Positions 47,447 to 57,951 of a stretch of 64,000 nt of DNA are shown piece by piece. The stretch's first letter is position 1. Each line of letters starts with the position of its first letter. The position numbers and the translations under genes were made by a program. Source of the DNA: Acutalibacteraceae bacterium (lineage in GTDB: Bacteria; Bacillota; Clostridia; Oscillospirales; Acutalibacteraceae); NCBI GenBank assembly GCA_045631105.1, contig JAZQTZ010000052.1, positions 532 to 64,531 of the forward strand, given 5' to 3'. Below the pieces are notes generated by a model. It worked only from the letters and a program-made list of their open reading frames with translations, made no database searches and was not told the origin of the DNA.

Positions 47447-48880
47447 ATGAAAAGACAAAGCGGAATTTTAATGCATATCTCATCGCTTTACGGCGATTAT
47501 TCAATCGGCACTTTCGGTAAAAACGCAAAAGAATTCATCGATTTCCTCGTTGAAAACGGTTTTTCCGTGTGGCAGGTTTTACCGTTTACCGTTACGGATG
47601 AATATAATTCACCCTATAAATCATTCTCTGCTTTCGGTGGAAATCCTTATTTTATTGACCCCGAAAAGCTTTATAACGACGGTCTTATCAGCGCAGAAGA
47701 TTTAAGAAACTGCAAGCAGGGAACTCCTTATTCATGCGAATTTGAAAGACTCGGAAAAGAACGCATGAATCTTTTGAAAAAAGCATATAAGAACTCAAAA
47801 AATCATGATGCGGTTCGTGAATTTATAGCTTCACACCCGAGAATTGAAGCATTCTGCCGTTTTATGACATTGAGAGAACAAAACGGTCTTAAAACTTGGC
47901 AGGAATGGGAATCTGACGAAATCACGGATTACGAACTGCTCGGCACATGGCAATTCATACAGTATGAATTTTTCACTCAATGGGCAGAAATCAAGGCTTA
48001 TGCAAATTCAAAGGGTGTCAGCATAATCGGTGACATTCCCATTTATGTTTCGGACGACAGCTGTGACGTCTGGGAAAACAAACATCTTTTTGATGTTGAC
48101 GAAAAGGGTTATCCGACACTTGTTGCGGGCGTTCCGCCTGATTATTTTGCAGAAGACGGTCAGCTCTGGGGCAATCCCCTCTATAATTGGGATGAAATGA
48201 AAAAAGACGGCTTCAGATGGTGGAAAGAAAGAATCGACCATTCGCTTGAAATGTTTGACGGCGTAAGAATTGACCATTTCAGAGCAATTGAAGCATATTG
48301 GGCGGTTGAAGCAACTGAAAAAACTGCAAAAAACGGCAAATGGATAAAAGGACCCGGCATGGATTTTGTCAATGCAATAAAAGAGGGTCACGACGATAAG
48401 CTCATCATTGCAGAGGACCTCGGAGATATAACCGATGAAGTGCGTGCACTCGTTGAAGAAAGCGGTTTTCCCGGCATGAGAGTTTTCCAGTTCGGTTTCC
48501 TCGATGACGGAAACAGCATTCATATGCCCCATAACTATATCAAAAATTCGGTTGCATATTCGGGCACACACGATAACAACACAATTTTCGGTTTCCTTTG
48601 GGAAAGCGACGAAAACACTCGCAGAAGAGCGCTTGATTACTGCGGATTTTCGGGCGGCGACTGGGGCGGTGCAAGTCCGTTGTTCCTGAGAGCAATTTTT
48701 GCAAGCGTCAGCGACCTTGCAATCATTCCGATTCAGGATTTTCTGATGTACGGTTCAGACACAAGGATCAACACTCCCGGCGTTGCAAAAGGTAACTGGA
48801 GCTACAGAGTTACAAAAGAACAGCTCGACAATGCAAACAAGGAATTTTTCAGATCACTCAACAGAATTTATAAAAGGTAA
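47447..48880 (+). CDS. malQ: 4-alpha-glucanotransferase (GH77)
   Basis: GDIPIYV, GQLWGNPLY, RIDHF, IAEDLG and GTHDN motifs. Confidence 0.97.
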   Translation: MKRQSGILMHISSLYGDYSIGTFGKNAKEFIDFLVENGFSVWQVLPFTVTDEYNSPYKSFSAFGGNPYFIDPEKLYNDGLISAEDLRNCKQGTPYSCEFERLGKERMNLLKKAYKNSKNHDAVREFIASHPRIEAFCRFMTLREQNGLKTWQEWESDEITDYELLGTWQFIQYEFFTQWAEIKAYANSKGVSIIGDIPIYVSDDSCDVWENKHLFDVDEKGYPTLVAGVPPDYFAEDGQLWGNPLYNWDEMKKDGFRWWKERIDHSLEMFDGVRIDHFRAIEAYWAVEATEKTAKNGKWIKGPGMDFVNAIKEGHDDKLIIAEDLGDITDEVRALVEESGFPGMRVFQFGFLDDGNSIHMPHNYIKNSVAYSGTHDNNTIFGFLWESDENTRRRALDYCGFSGGDWGGASPLFLRAIFASVSDLAIIPIQDFLMYGSDTRINTPGVAKGNWSYRVTKEQLDNANKEFFRSLNRIYKR

Positions 48881-48890
48881 GGTTACGAAG

Positions 48891-50153
48891 TTGAAAGAGT
48901 TTTTTAGTATAAGCGAAAAAATCAGGGTTGCAAGCGATGCGGCTCTTGAAAAAGCAAAGAAAAAGTTCGGAGAAATCGAAGATATAACGGAATATAACCA
49001 GCAGAAAGTTCTTTCTGCATTTATCGAAAACAGAGTCAGCGAAACGGATTTCGCAGGCTCAACGGGTTACGGCTACGGCGACACAGGCAGAGATAAGCTC
49101 GACAGAATTTATGCCGATGTTTTCGGTGCTGAGGATGCGATAGTGCGTCATTCGTTCACCTGCGGCACTCACACCCTTGCTGTTGCCCTTTTCGGCGTTT
49201 TGCGTCCCGGTGACACAATGCTCTGCGTTACCGGAACGCCCTATGATACAATTCACAGCGTTATCGGTCTGAGCGGAAACGGAATGGGTTCGCTCAAAGA
49301 TTTCGGAGTAAGCTATGCTCAGGTTGACCTCGATAAAAACGGCAGACCAGACCTTGAAGCGATTGAAAAGGCTCTTGAAATGAACCCGAAAATGGTTTAT
49401 ATCCAGCGTTCAAGAGGTTACTCTCTCCGTCCGAGCATTTCGGTTGACGAAATCGGTGAGATCTGCGCTCTTGTTCATGCAAAAAGCGATGCGGTTGTTA
49501 TGGTTGACAACTGCTACGGCGAATTTGTTGAGAAAAAAGAACCCACCGAGGTTGGCGCAGACCTTATGGCCGGTTCACTCATAAAAAATGCAGGCGGCTC
49601 GATTGCAAGAACGGGCGGCTACATAGCAGGCAGAAGCGACCTTGTTGAGCTTTGTGCATACAGAGCAACAACTCCGGGTCTCGGAAAAGAGGTCGGATGC
49701 ACTCTCGGAGAAAACAGAAATATGTTCATGGGTGTTTTCCACGCACCCCATGTTGTCGGCGAAGCGTTAAAATCGGCTGTTTATGCGGCGGCGCTCTTTG
49801 AGAATTTCGGTTTTGACGTTACACCGTCAAGCGACGAAAGCAGACACGATATCATTCAGGCTCTCTGCCTTGAAAATTCCGACAGACTTGTTGAATTCTG
49901 CAGAGGAATCCAGAGCGGAGCTCCCGTTGATTCTTATGTTTCACCCGAACCCTGGGATATGCCGGGTTACGACAGCAAGGTTATCATGGCGGCTGGTGCG
50001 TTTATTCTCGGTTCGTCAATCGAACTTTCAGCAGATGCCCCTCTGCGTGAACCCTTTGCGGTATGGATGCAAGGAGGAATTAACTTCCATTCGGCAAAAA
50101 CCGCAATCATGCTTGCGGCGGAAAGACTTTATCAGGGAGGTCTTCTCAAATGA
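48891..50153 (+). CDS. Methionine gamma-lyase family PLP protein (YnbB/aluminium-resistance family)
   Basis: TGYGYGD.GR, GTHTL, IQRSRGY, DNCYGEF and AGSLIKN motifs. TTG start. Confidence 0.9.
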   Translation: MKEFFSISEKIRVASDAALEKAKKKFGEIEDITEYNQQKVLSAFIENRVSETDFAGSTGYGYGDTGRDKLDRIYADVFGAEDAIVRHSFTCGTHTLAVALFGVLRPGDTMLCVTGTPYDTIHSVIGLSGNGMGSLKDFGVSYAQVDLDKNGRPDLEAIEKALEMNPKMVYIQRSRGYSLRPSISVDEIGEICALVHAKSDAVVMVDNCYGEFVEKKEPTEVGADLMAGSLIKNAGGSIARTGGYIAGRSDLVELCAYRATTPGLGKEVGCTLGENRNMFMGVFHAPHVVGEALKSAVYAAALFENFGFDVTPSSDESRHDIIQALCLENSDRLVEFCRGIQSGAPVDSYVSPEPWDMPGYDSKVIMAAGAFILGSSIELSADAPLREPFAVWMQGGINFHSAKTAIMLAAERLYQGGLLK

Positions 50154-50833
50154 AATATGACGGCATAACCCGTGAGTCGCTTTTTCTTCTTGCGGATAAC
50201 CGTTTCAGAGATTCAAAGGCATATTATGAAGAGCATAAGGAAGCGATAAAAAGCGGCGTTACTATTCCCATGCGTCAGATTGCGGGAATTATCGGCGAAG
50301 AGCTTGTTTCCATCGACCCTCTTATGAATACCATTCCGACCAAAATGGTTTCAAGAGTAAGAAGAGATACGAGATACACAAAGGATAAATCCCTTTACCG
50401 TGAGAATATGTGGATAATGTTCATGCGCCCGAAACGAGAATGGGTCGGATATCCTTGCATGTGGTTTGAGGTGACTCCCCGAGATTATTCCCTCGGTGTC
50501 GGTTTTTACGGAGATGAAGCAGGGCTTCTTGAAGCGTACAGAAAGGCTCTTCGTGAAAGACCCAAGGAATTCAAGGAAGCTGCAGACAAATGCATAAAAT
50601 GCGGCTCCGTTTTCTTCAAAAGACAATATAAAAGACCATTCCCCGGTTGTCCTGAAGGTCTTGAAGAATTTTATAATGCAAAGGATGTTGGTTTCATCTC
50701 TTTTTCGGGAGATGTTGATGACCTGAAAGATGAAAGAATTATTGAAATAATCAGAGGATATTATCAGGCATATATCCCGATGTATAAATTTTTGCTCAGC
50801 GTTTCCGATGAATATTTTTCCAAGGAGGAATAA
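50150..50833 (+). CDS. DUF2461 family protein
   Basis: SRVRRDTRYTKDKSLYR motif. Confidence 0.8.
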   Translation: MKYDGITRESLFLLADNRFRDSKAYYEEHKEAIKSGVTIPMRQIAGIIGEELVSIDPLMNTIPTKMVSRVRRDTRYTKDKSLYRENMWIMFMRPKREWVGYPCMWFEVTPRDYSLGVGFYGDEAGLLEAYRKALRERPKEFKEAADKCIKCGSVFFKRQYKRPFPGCPEGLEEFYNAKDVGFISFSGDVDDLKDERIIEIIRGYYQAYIPMYKFLLSVSDEYFSKEE

Positions 50834-50835
50834 CC

Positions 50836-52344
50836 GTGGATTATTCAAAATTCAAAAGCGGAAGTGACATCAGAGGCTATGCACTCGGCGACGAAACCAA
50901 TCCCCTTTTCATGAGTGACGAAATGGTTATGAGGGCAAGCTTCGGTTTTCTTTCATGGCTGAAAAACAAAACAGGCAAAGAAAATCCTTGCGTTTCGGTC
51001 GGTCATGACAGCCGTCTTTCGGCAGAGAGAATAAAGAATGCCGTTATCAAAGCTCTTGTTTCAAACGGCGCAAAGGTTATCGACTGCTCACTTGCGTCAA
51101 CCCCTGCGATGTTCATGACAACGGTTGAACTCGGCTGTGACGGCGCCGTGCAGATTACTGCAAGCCATCATCCGAAAGACAGAAACGGTCTTAAGTTTTT
51201 CACTCGTGAAGGCGGTCTTGACGGCTCGGATATCGCAGAAATCCTTGATATTGCAGGCAAAACCGAAACTCCTCTCGGCAACGAAAACGGCGAAGTTGTT
51301 CCTTGCAATTTCATGAAGCGATATTCTGAAATTCTCCGTGAAATGATAATAAATGGTGTTAACAACGGCGAAAAACCTCTTAACGGAATGAAAATCGTTG
51401 TTGATGCAGGCAATGGAGTCGGCGGTTTCTATGCTTATGATGTTCTTGCACCTCTCGGTGCGGATATTAACGGAAGCGTTTTCCTTGACCCCGACGGAAA
51501 TTTCCCCAACCATGCACCAAACCCCGAAAACGCAGAAGCCATGGAAAGCATTTCAAATGCGGTCAAGGATTCAGGTGCTGATTTCGGCGTTATATTCGAT
51601 ACCGATGTTGATAGAGCAGGTTGCGTAGGCAAGGGCGGTTTTGAAATCAACAGAAACCGACTTGTTGCGCTCGCTTCAAAGGTTGCTCTCGATTCTTGCA
51701 AAGGCGGTACGATTGTTACCGACAGCGTAACTTCCGACGGCCTTGCAGAGTTTATTGCAGAAAACGGCGGTGTTCATCTCCGTTTTAAAAGAGGCTACAG
51801 AAACGTTATCAACAAACAGATTGAGCTTGAAGAAAACGGCGTAAAATGTCCTCTTGCAATGGAAACTTCGGGACATGCGGCATTTGCTGAAAACTATTAT
51901 CTCGATGACGGCGCATATCTTATAACCAAACTGATTATCGAGGCGGCATCCCTTGCAAAAGAAGGAAAAACGCTCGGCGATCTGATTACAAATCTTCGTG
52001 AGCCCATCGAAGAAAAAGAAATGCGTTTCAAGATTCTCTGCGACGATTTCAGACCCGAGGGTGAGAAGATAATTTCGCTTTTCGAAGATGCTGCAAAGAT
52101 CAGCGGCAATTGGTCTGCTGCGAATGATAATCACGAGGGAATCAGAATCAACGCCGATAAAGATAACGGCAACGGTTGGTTCTTACTTCGATTGAGCGTT
52201 CATGACCCGATAATTGTTCTCAACGCGGAGAGCGATGAAAACGATGGTATCATGAAAATGGCAAAAGATATTTACGGCATTATTTCAACTGCCGAAAGCC
52301 TTGATATGCTTGATATTTCGGCGTTGACAAATTATATAGGATAA
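50836..52344 (+). CDS. Phosphomannomutase/phosphoglucomutase
   Basis: SGSDIRG, TASH, FDTDVDR and ETSGH motifs. Confidence 0.92.
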   Translation: MDYSKFKSGSDIRGYALGDETNPLFMSDEMVMRASFGFLSWLKNKTGKENPCVSVGHDSRLSAERIKNAVIKALVSNGAKVIDCSLASTPAMFMTTVELGCDGAVQITASHHPKDRNGLKFFTREGGLDGSDIAEILDIAGKTETPLGNENGEVVPCNFMKRYSEILREMIINGVNNGEKPLNGMKIVVDAGNGVGGFYAYDVLAPLGADINGSVFLDPDGNFPNHAPNPENAEAMESISNAVKDSGADFGVIFDTDVDRAGCVGKGGFEINRNRLVALASKVALDSCKGGTIVTDSVTSDGLAEFIAENGGVHLRFKRGYRNVINKQIELEENGVKCPLAMETSGHAAFAENYYLDDGAYLITKLIIEAASLAKEGKTLGDLITNLREPIEEKEMRFKILCDDFRPEGEKIISLFEDAAKISGNWSAANDNHEGIRINADKDNGNGWFLLRLSVHDPIIVLNAESDENDGIMKMAKDIYGIISTAESLDMLDISALTNYIG

Positions 52345-52357
52345 GGAGAAAATAAAA

Positions 52358-53251
52358 ATGATTGATAAAATCATCAGTGGCTTTTTTGCAATTATCACTG
52401 CAATACTTTCACTTTTTTACACCCCGACACCTGTTACGCAGGTTAACCCCGCAACAATTCCCGAAGCCGCAAAATCTCAGGCTGTTACCGTTATGAGCTA
52501 TAATGTCTGGATTGGCGGCTCGGGCGAAAAATCTCCCGAAAACAGAACTGATGAAATCGTTTCAAACATCAGAAAATATAACCCCGATTCATTCGGCCTT
52601 CAGGAAGCGGATGAAGGCTGGATGGAAAGACTTCCCGCAGAGCTTACCGATTATGCATATGTCGGCATAGGCAGAAATTCAAACAAGGGCGGCGGTGAAG
52701 CAAGCCCCGTTTTCTATAAGAAAGATAAATATGAACTTCTCGATTCGGGCACTTTCTGGCTTTCAAAAACTCCCGAAAAAGCTTCAAGAAGCTGGGATGC
52801 AATGTTCAAGAGAGTCTGCACTTATGCTATTCTCAAAAACAAGGAAACAGGTTTTACATATGCGCATTTCAACGCTCATTTTGACCATATGGGTGTTATC
52901 GCAAGGAACGAATCCGTTGCTGTTGTTTCAAAGAAAATCGCTGAAATTGCGCCGAATATTCCCGTTGTTTTCTCAGGTGACTTCAATGACGAAGAAGGCG
53001 GAGATGCATATAACAGAGTTATTGAAAGCGGATTCAAAGACACAAAATATGTTGCAGTTACAACAGACAGCGGCATCACCTATCACGGCTATTCCGAGCT
53101 TGTTGAAAAATCAAAGCCCATTGACTATATCTTTGTGAATGACTTTGTATCGGAAGTTAAATATTATAAAGTTGATGACGAAAAAATCAACGGCATTTAC
53201 ACTTCTGACCATCATCCCGTAATTTCAGAACTTACTCTCATTAATGGTTAA
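52358..53251 (+). CDS. Endonuclease/exonuclease/phosphatase (EEP) family protein 1, N-terminal anchor
   Basis: SYNV, GLQE, FWLS, GDFN, IDYIF and SDHHP motifs. Confidence 0.9.
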   Translation: MIDKIISGFFAIITAILSLFYTPTPVTQVNPATIPEAAKSQAVTVMSYNVWIGGSGEKSPENRTDEIVSNIRKYNPDSFGLQEADEGWMERLPAELTDYAYVGIGRNSNKGGGEASPVFYKKDKYELLDSGTFWLSKTPEKASRSWDAMFKRVCTYAILKNKETGFTYAHFNAHFDHMGVIARNESVAVVSKKIAEIAPNIPVVFSGDFNDEEGGDAYNRVIESGFKDTKYVAVTTDSGITYHGYSELVEKSKPIDYIFVNDFVSEVKYYKVDDEKINGIYTSDHHPVISELTLING

Positions 53252-53263
53252 GGAGGATTTATA

Positions 53264-54181
53264 ATGTTATTCAAATTCTGTCAGATATTCGTCAGCATTA
53301 TTATGGCGATAGCTTCTTTATTCACAACAACCCCGCCTGTTCAGACAGAACCTGTAGGAATAAACATAAACCCCAATCCCATTGCCGAAGCCGAATCATA
53401 TCAGGATATCAAAACAATGTCGTTCAATGTTAAAATCAGCGGCGAAGGTCTTCAGTCAAATGATTTAAGACTTCCCCGTACCGTTAAAATGATTGAAAAG
53501 CATTCTCCCGACTCATTAGGCGTTCAGGAAGCGGATAAGTGGTGGACCGATTCTCTTGAAGAAGCTCTTCCTCAGTATGCAAGGGTCGGAACATACAGAG
53601 ATGACGGCATTTCTCTCGGCGAATCCTGCTCAATTTTCTATCTGAAAGATAAATATGAGCTTGTTGATTCAGGCAATTTCTGGCTTTCCGAAACTCCTGA
53701 CACTCCCTCCTGGGGTTGGGACACCGCCTGCCCAAGAATCGTTACATATGCAATCCTCAGATGCAAGGAAAGCGGCTTCGTTTATGCGCATTTCAACACT
53801 CATTTTGACCATGTAGGCAAAGTTGCACAATCAGAATCCGTACCTCTTCTGGCTTCAAGAATTGCTGCAATCGCCCCTGATATTCCAGTTATTCTGACAG
53901 GTGATTTCAATGTAAGCGAGGGTTCGGAAATATATAACAAACTCGTTTCGTGCGGTCTGAAAGACACAAAATTCATGGCTGAAAAATACGATGACTGCGC
54001 AACATATCATGACTATAATCCCTTTGTTTTCAACACAAAACCCATTGACTATATTTTTGTTAACGGATATTGCTCATCGGTCAAATCAAGCAAAGTTGAC
54101 TCGAATATGATTGACCTTATTTATCCCTCAGACCATTTCCCCATAATCATTGAACTTACACTTTTTAACGGAGGTAAATAA
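53264..54181 (+). CDS. EEP family protein 2, N-terminal anchor
   Basis: SFNV, GVQE, GDFN, IDYIF and SDHFP motifs. Confidence 0.9.
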   Translation: MLFKFCQIFVSIIMAIASLFTTTPPVQTEPVGININPNPIAEAESYQDIKTMSFNVKISGEGLQSNDLRLPRTVKMIEKHSPDSLGVQEADKWWTDSLEEALPQYARVGTYRDDGISLGESCSIFYLKDKYELVDSGNFWLSETPDTPSWGWDTACPRIVTYAILRCKESGFVYAHFNTHFDHVGKVAQSESVPLLASRIAAIAPDIPVILTGDFNVSEGSEIYNKLVSCGLKDTKFMAEKYDDCATYHDYNPFVFNTKPIDYIFVNGYCSSVKSSKVDSNMIDLIYPSDHFPIIIELTLFNGGK

Positions 54182-54182
54182 A

Positions 54183-54941
54183 ATGTACAGGGTTTTAACC
54201 TTTAATCTTCTTTGCGGAGGCAGAAAACACAGAAAATGGTATAAAAGAGCTCCCCTTGTTTATAAGGTTATACGTGAAGCAAATCCCGATTCATTCGGTG
54301 TTCAGGAAGCTCATTGGTCATGGATGAAAAAGCTTGCAAAAAATCTTCCCGAATATGCTTATGTCGGCGTCGGCAGAGATGACGGCAAGAAAAGAGGCGA
54401 ATTCTCGGCTGTTTTCTACAAGAAAGATAAATTCACTGCGAGCGACAGCGGTAATTTCTGGCTTTCCGAAACTCCCGATAAGCCTTCAAAGGGCTGGGAT
54501 GCTGCCTGCATAAGAGTTGCAACATATGTTAAACTTACCGATAAGGAAACAGGCAAATCCTATGTCCATTTCAACACTCACCTTGACCATGTCGGCATTC
54601 AGGCGCAGATTAACGGAGTTAAGATGATTCAGGAAAAAGCGGCTTCATTCGGTGGCGTTCCCGTTGTCTGCACAGGCGACTTCAATGTTTATCAGGATTC
54701 CGAATGCTACAACACTATGGTATCCGCAAACATGAAGGATGCAAGAAAGCTTGCTCCCGAAACCGACGATTGCCTTACATACCACGGTTTCAGACCCGAT
54801 GAAATCAAGGCGATAATCGACTTCGTTTTTGTTGATGAAGCAACGGTTAAACCCGTTAAATTCAAGGTTATCGACAAAATGATTAAAGGCGAATACTATT
54901 CAGACCACTATGCCGCTTATGCGGATATTGAACTGAAATAA
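54183..54941 (+). CDS. EEP family protein 3, cytoplasmic
   Basis: TFNL, GVQE, GDFN and SDHY motifs. Start MYRV follows GGAGG, no signal peptide. Confidence 0.9.
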   Translation: MYRVLTFNLLCGGRKHRKWYKRAPLVYKVIREANPDSFGVQEAHWSWMKKLAKNLPEYAYVGVGRDDGKKRGEFSAVFYKKDKFTASDSGNFWLSETPDKPSKGWDAACIRVATYVKLTDKETGKSYVHFNTHLDHVGIQAQINGVKMIQEKAASFGGVPVVCTGDFNVYQDSECYNTMVSANMKDARKLAPETDDCLTYHGFRPDEIKAIIDFVFVDEATVKPVKFKVIDKMIKGEYYSDHYAAYADIELK

Positions 54942-55048
54942 AACGTGTAATATTTTCTTGAAAAATGTAACACTTCCGACCTTGTTTGTTGACAAAAAAA
55001 TTCCGAAATGTTAGAATTTTGTTATATCATGCGAAAGGGGAACTATTA

Positions 55049-56290
55049 ATGAATTTACAGAAAATCATTGACCAAAAAGACAGCGCCGCAAAATATATGG
55101 TTAAAGAAATTACTCATGTTATCAAAAAATGCGGCAAAAGAGACCCCGGTTCAGAGGGCGAAAAGAAATCCTGCGAATATATGGCAAAGGTTCTTGAAAA
55201 GAACTGCGGCTGTGAGGATGTTAAAATTGAGAGCTATGAGGTTGCTCCCCGTGCTTTCTACGGCTATCTCTATTTTACTGTAACATTCGCCATTCTCGGT
55301 GAACTTCTTTTTCCGTTTGCGCCCATAATCTCAATTCCGCTCATCATTGCCGGTTTTGCAATCGTTCTTCTTGAATTCGGTCTTTACAAAAAAGTCATTG
55401 ACCCTCTCTTCCCCAAGAAAACAAGCCATAATGTTACTGCAATCAAAAAGTGCAAGGGTGAAGTAAAGAGAAGAATCATCTTCAACGGTCACCCCGACGC
55501 AACATGGGAATGGCCTGTTAACTACGCACTTGGCGGCATAGGCTTTGAAGGCCATGCAGGTATTGTTATCGTTACTGCACTTTTCTATCTTATTCTCTCC
55601 ATTATTTATGTTGTTAAAAACGGTATAACATTCGGTATGCCCGATACCTCCGACACCCTTGTTAAGATAGGTCTTTGGGGACTTGTAACACTCCCGCTTT
55701 CAATCGGACTCTATTTTATGGTAAACTACCGCAGAGTTGTTGACGGTGCAAATGATAACCTCACAGGCTGCTATATGGGTATTGCAATCCTTAAATATCT
55801 CAAGGATGAGGGTATCGAACTTGAAAACACCGAAATCGGCGTTATTCTCACCGGTTCTGAAGAAATCGGTCTCAGAGGTTCAAAGGCATGGGTAGAAATG
55901 CACAAGGATGAATTCAAGGATGTTCCCACATTCATTTATGCTTACGACACAATCAACGACCCCAAGTATCTTATGTCAAACTACTATGACCTCAACGGTA
56001 CAGTAAGAAGCGACAAAGACTGCGCTGACCTCTTTATGGAAGCTGCAAAAGCAGTAGGCGTTCCCTGCAAGAAGGGCGGCGTGCCTCCCATGGGTGGTGC
56101 GGTTGATGCTGCAGCATTCACACAGGGCGGTTTCAGAGCTGCGGGCGTTACAGGTCTTAACCATAAGCTTGAACGTTATTACCACACAAGACTTGACACA
56201 TACACCAACATGAACGAGAAAGGCATTGCAAACTGCTTTGCAGCAAGCGTTAAGATGCTTGAAATGTTCGACGAAGGCGCAAAACAATAA
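55049..56290 (+). CDS. Membrane-embedded M28/M20 family metallopeptidase
   Basis: GHPD, GANDN..G, GSEEIGLRGS and YYHTRLD motifs with internal TM segments. Confidence 0.85.
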   Translation: MNLQKIIDQKDSAAKYMVKEITHVIKKCGKRDPGSEGEKKSCEYMAKVLEKNCGCEDVKIESYEVAPRAFYGYLYFTVTFAILGELLFPFAPIISIPLIIAGFAIVLLEFGLYKKVIDPLFPKKTSHNVTAIKKCKGEVKRRIIFNGHPDATWEWPVNYALGGIGFEGHAGIVIVTALFYLILSIIYVVKNGITFGMPDTSDTLVKIGLWGLVTLPLSIGLYFMVNYRRVVDGANDNLTGCYMGIAILKYLKDEGIELENTEIGVILTGSEEIGLRGSKAWVEMHKDEFKDVPTFIYAYDTINDPKYLMSNYYDLNGTVRSDKDCADLFMEAAKAVGVPCKKGGVPPMGGAVDAAAFTQGGFRAAGVTGLNHKLERYYHTRLDTYTNMNEKGIANCFAASVKMLEMFDEGAKQ

Positions 56291-56405
56291 AATAAATTTG
56301 GGCAAGGATAACAAATCCTTGCCCTTTCTTTTTATGTTTTCAACAATTGAAAAAGTTTTTTATAATATGATATAATTACAGTATATTATATCGGGAGATG
56401 AAACT

Positions 56406-57908
56406 ATGAAAATTGCCCAAAAAATAATCTCGCTTCTCCTCGCAGGAACAATGGTGTTCGGTGCTTCCCCTGTTTTTGCATCGGACTCAGCACAAAAAAA
56501 CTATATAATTGATAATCCCTATGAGGGCATCAACTGGGATGAATGGGAAGACTACAAAACCCAGCTTCATTGCCACACAACAGCAAGCGACGGTTTTCTT
56601 ACCATTGACGAATTCTGCAAGATGCACTACGCTCTTGATTTTGAAATTGTTGCCCTCACAGACCACGGCACAATCAACAAGGGCTGGAATGTTGAACCTG
56701 AAACCGTACCTCTTATGCGTTTCATAAAGAAGGAACGTACAAAGATGGCGGATATTATCCCCATCCCCGAGGATGAATATCAGGCATATATCAACGGCAC
56801 ACATCCCGAAAGAAGCTTTGTTACATCTGCAGGCGACACCCTCACAAGAACAACTGAGAACGGTATGCTTGACGTTCCCAAGGGAATCGAACTCAACATG
56901 GCAACTCCCGTTGCAGACTGCCATCTCACAGGCTATTGGTCGGATTACGGTCAGGGTCTTGCAGGCGTTTTCGGTGACTACGAAACTCCTTCAAAGGGAG
57001 TTAAGGAAGCGGGCGGAATTTCCTTCCTTTCCCATGTAGGCGAATATGTTTATACCGATAAGGATTCAGAAAAATATGTAGGTCAGAAGGTTGACGAATA
57101 TTACGTCAACAAGTTCGCAAAGATTTTTATTGATAATGCAGGTTCATCACTCGGAACGGGTATCAACAGCGCGACCGATGCTCATACACGTTGCGACCGC
57201 ATACTTTATGACCAGATTCTTCAGAAAACCATCCCCTACGGCGTTGTACCCTGGGGAAATACATTTGCAGATTCACATAACGAAACAGCAATCAACGATG
57301 CTTACACAATGAGCTGGATGCCTGAACATACGCTTGAAGCATTCCGCAATTGCCTTGAAAAAGGTCAGTTCTTCTCAATTTCCCATTTCTCCAACGGCGT
57401 TGAACTTAACGGCATGGAAGAAATGCCGGGCTTCGTTGAACAGGATGTTTATGACACAAAAGCTTACTGGCTCGACAATACTCCTCAGGTTAAGAGAATG
57501 AGCGTTGACCAGGATGCAGACACAATTACCGTTGAAGGCATCAACGCAAACATCATCACATGGGTTTCAAACGGCGAAGTTATCAAGAGAGAAAGCATCG
57601 AAAACGGCACTGCAACTCTCGATCTCCACAACGACGAATTTCTTGCAGAGCCTTATATGTATGTCAGATTCTATCTTTCGGGCGATAACGGCATCTGCTA
57701 TTCACAGCCCCTCGTTCTCAACGTTGAAGGCGAAGAATTCGAAAAGGTTGACATTCCCGAAACTCACGATATCTCAACATTCCTCAGAGGTCTTGTAACG
57801 GTTGTTGACGTTGCATTCTTCAGACTCAATCCGTTTATCTGGATACTCAAATATTTCGGTCTCGGATATAATCCGATAACCTTTGACAGACTTTTCAATC
57901 CGTTTTAA
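56406..57908 (+). CDS. Secreted PHP-domain metallohydrolase
   Basis: Signal peptide ending VFA, LHCHTTASDG, LTDH and DSH motifs. Confidence 0.8.
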   Translation: MKIAQKIISLLLAGTMVFGASPVFASDSAQKNYIIDNPYEGINWDEWEDYKTQLHCHTTASDGFLTIDEFCKMHYALDFEIVALTDHGTINKGWNVEPETVPLMRFIKKERTKMADIIPIPEDEYQAYINGTHPERSFVTSAGDTLTRTTENGMLDVPKGIELNMATPVADCHLTGYWSDYGQGLAGVFGDYETPSKGVKEAGGISFLSHVGEYVYTDKDSEKYVGQKVDEYYVNKFAKIFIDNAGSSLGTGINSATDAHTRCDRILYDQILQKTIPYGVVPWGNTFADSHNETAINDAYTMSWMPEHTLEAFRNCLEKGQFFSISHFSNGVELNGMEEMPGFVEQDVYDTKAYWLDNTPQVKRMSVDQDADTITVEGINANIITWVSNGEVIKRESIENGTATLDLHNDEFLAEPYMYVRFYLSGDNGICYSQPLVLNVEGEEFEKVDIPETHDISTFLRGLVTVVDVAFFRLNPFIWILKYFGLGYNPITFDRLFNPF

Positions 57909-57951
57909 AATAATTAATCCCACCTGATTTCAGGTGGGATTTTTTTATGCT

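Noticed and set aside
53675-54475. Identical 23-nt stretch at 53675-53697 and 54453-54475
   Set aside because: It encodes the conserved NFWLSETP motif of paralogous EEP genes, so it is not a mobile or CRISPR repeat.
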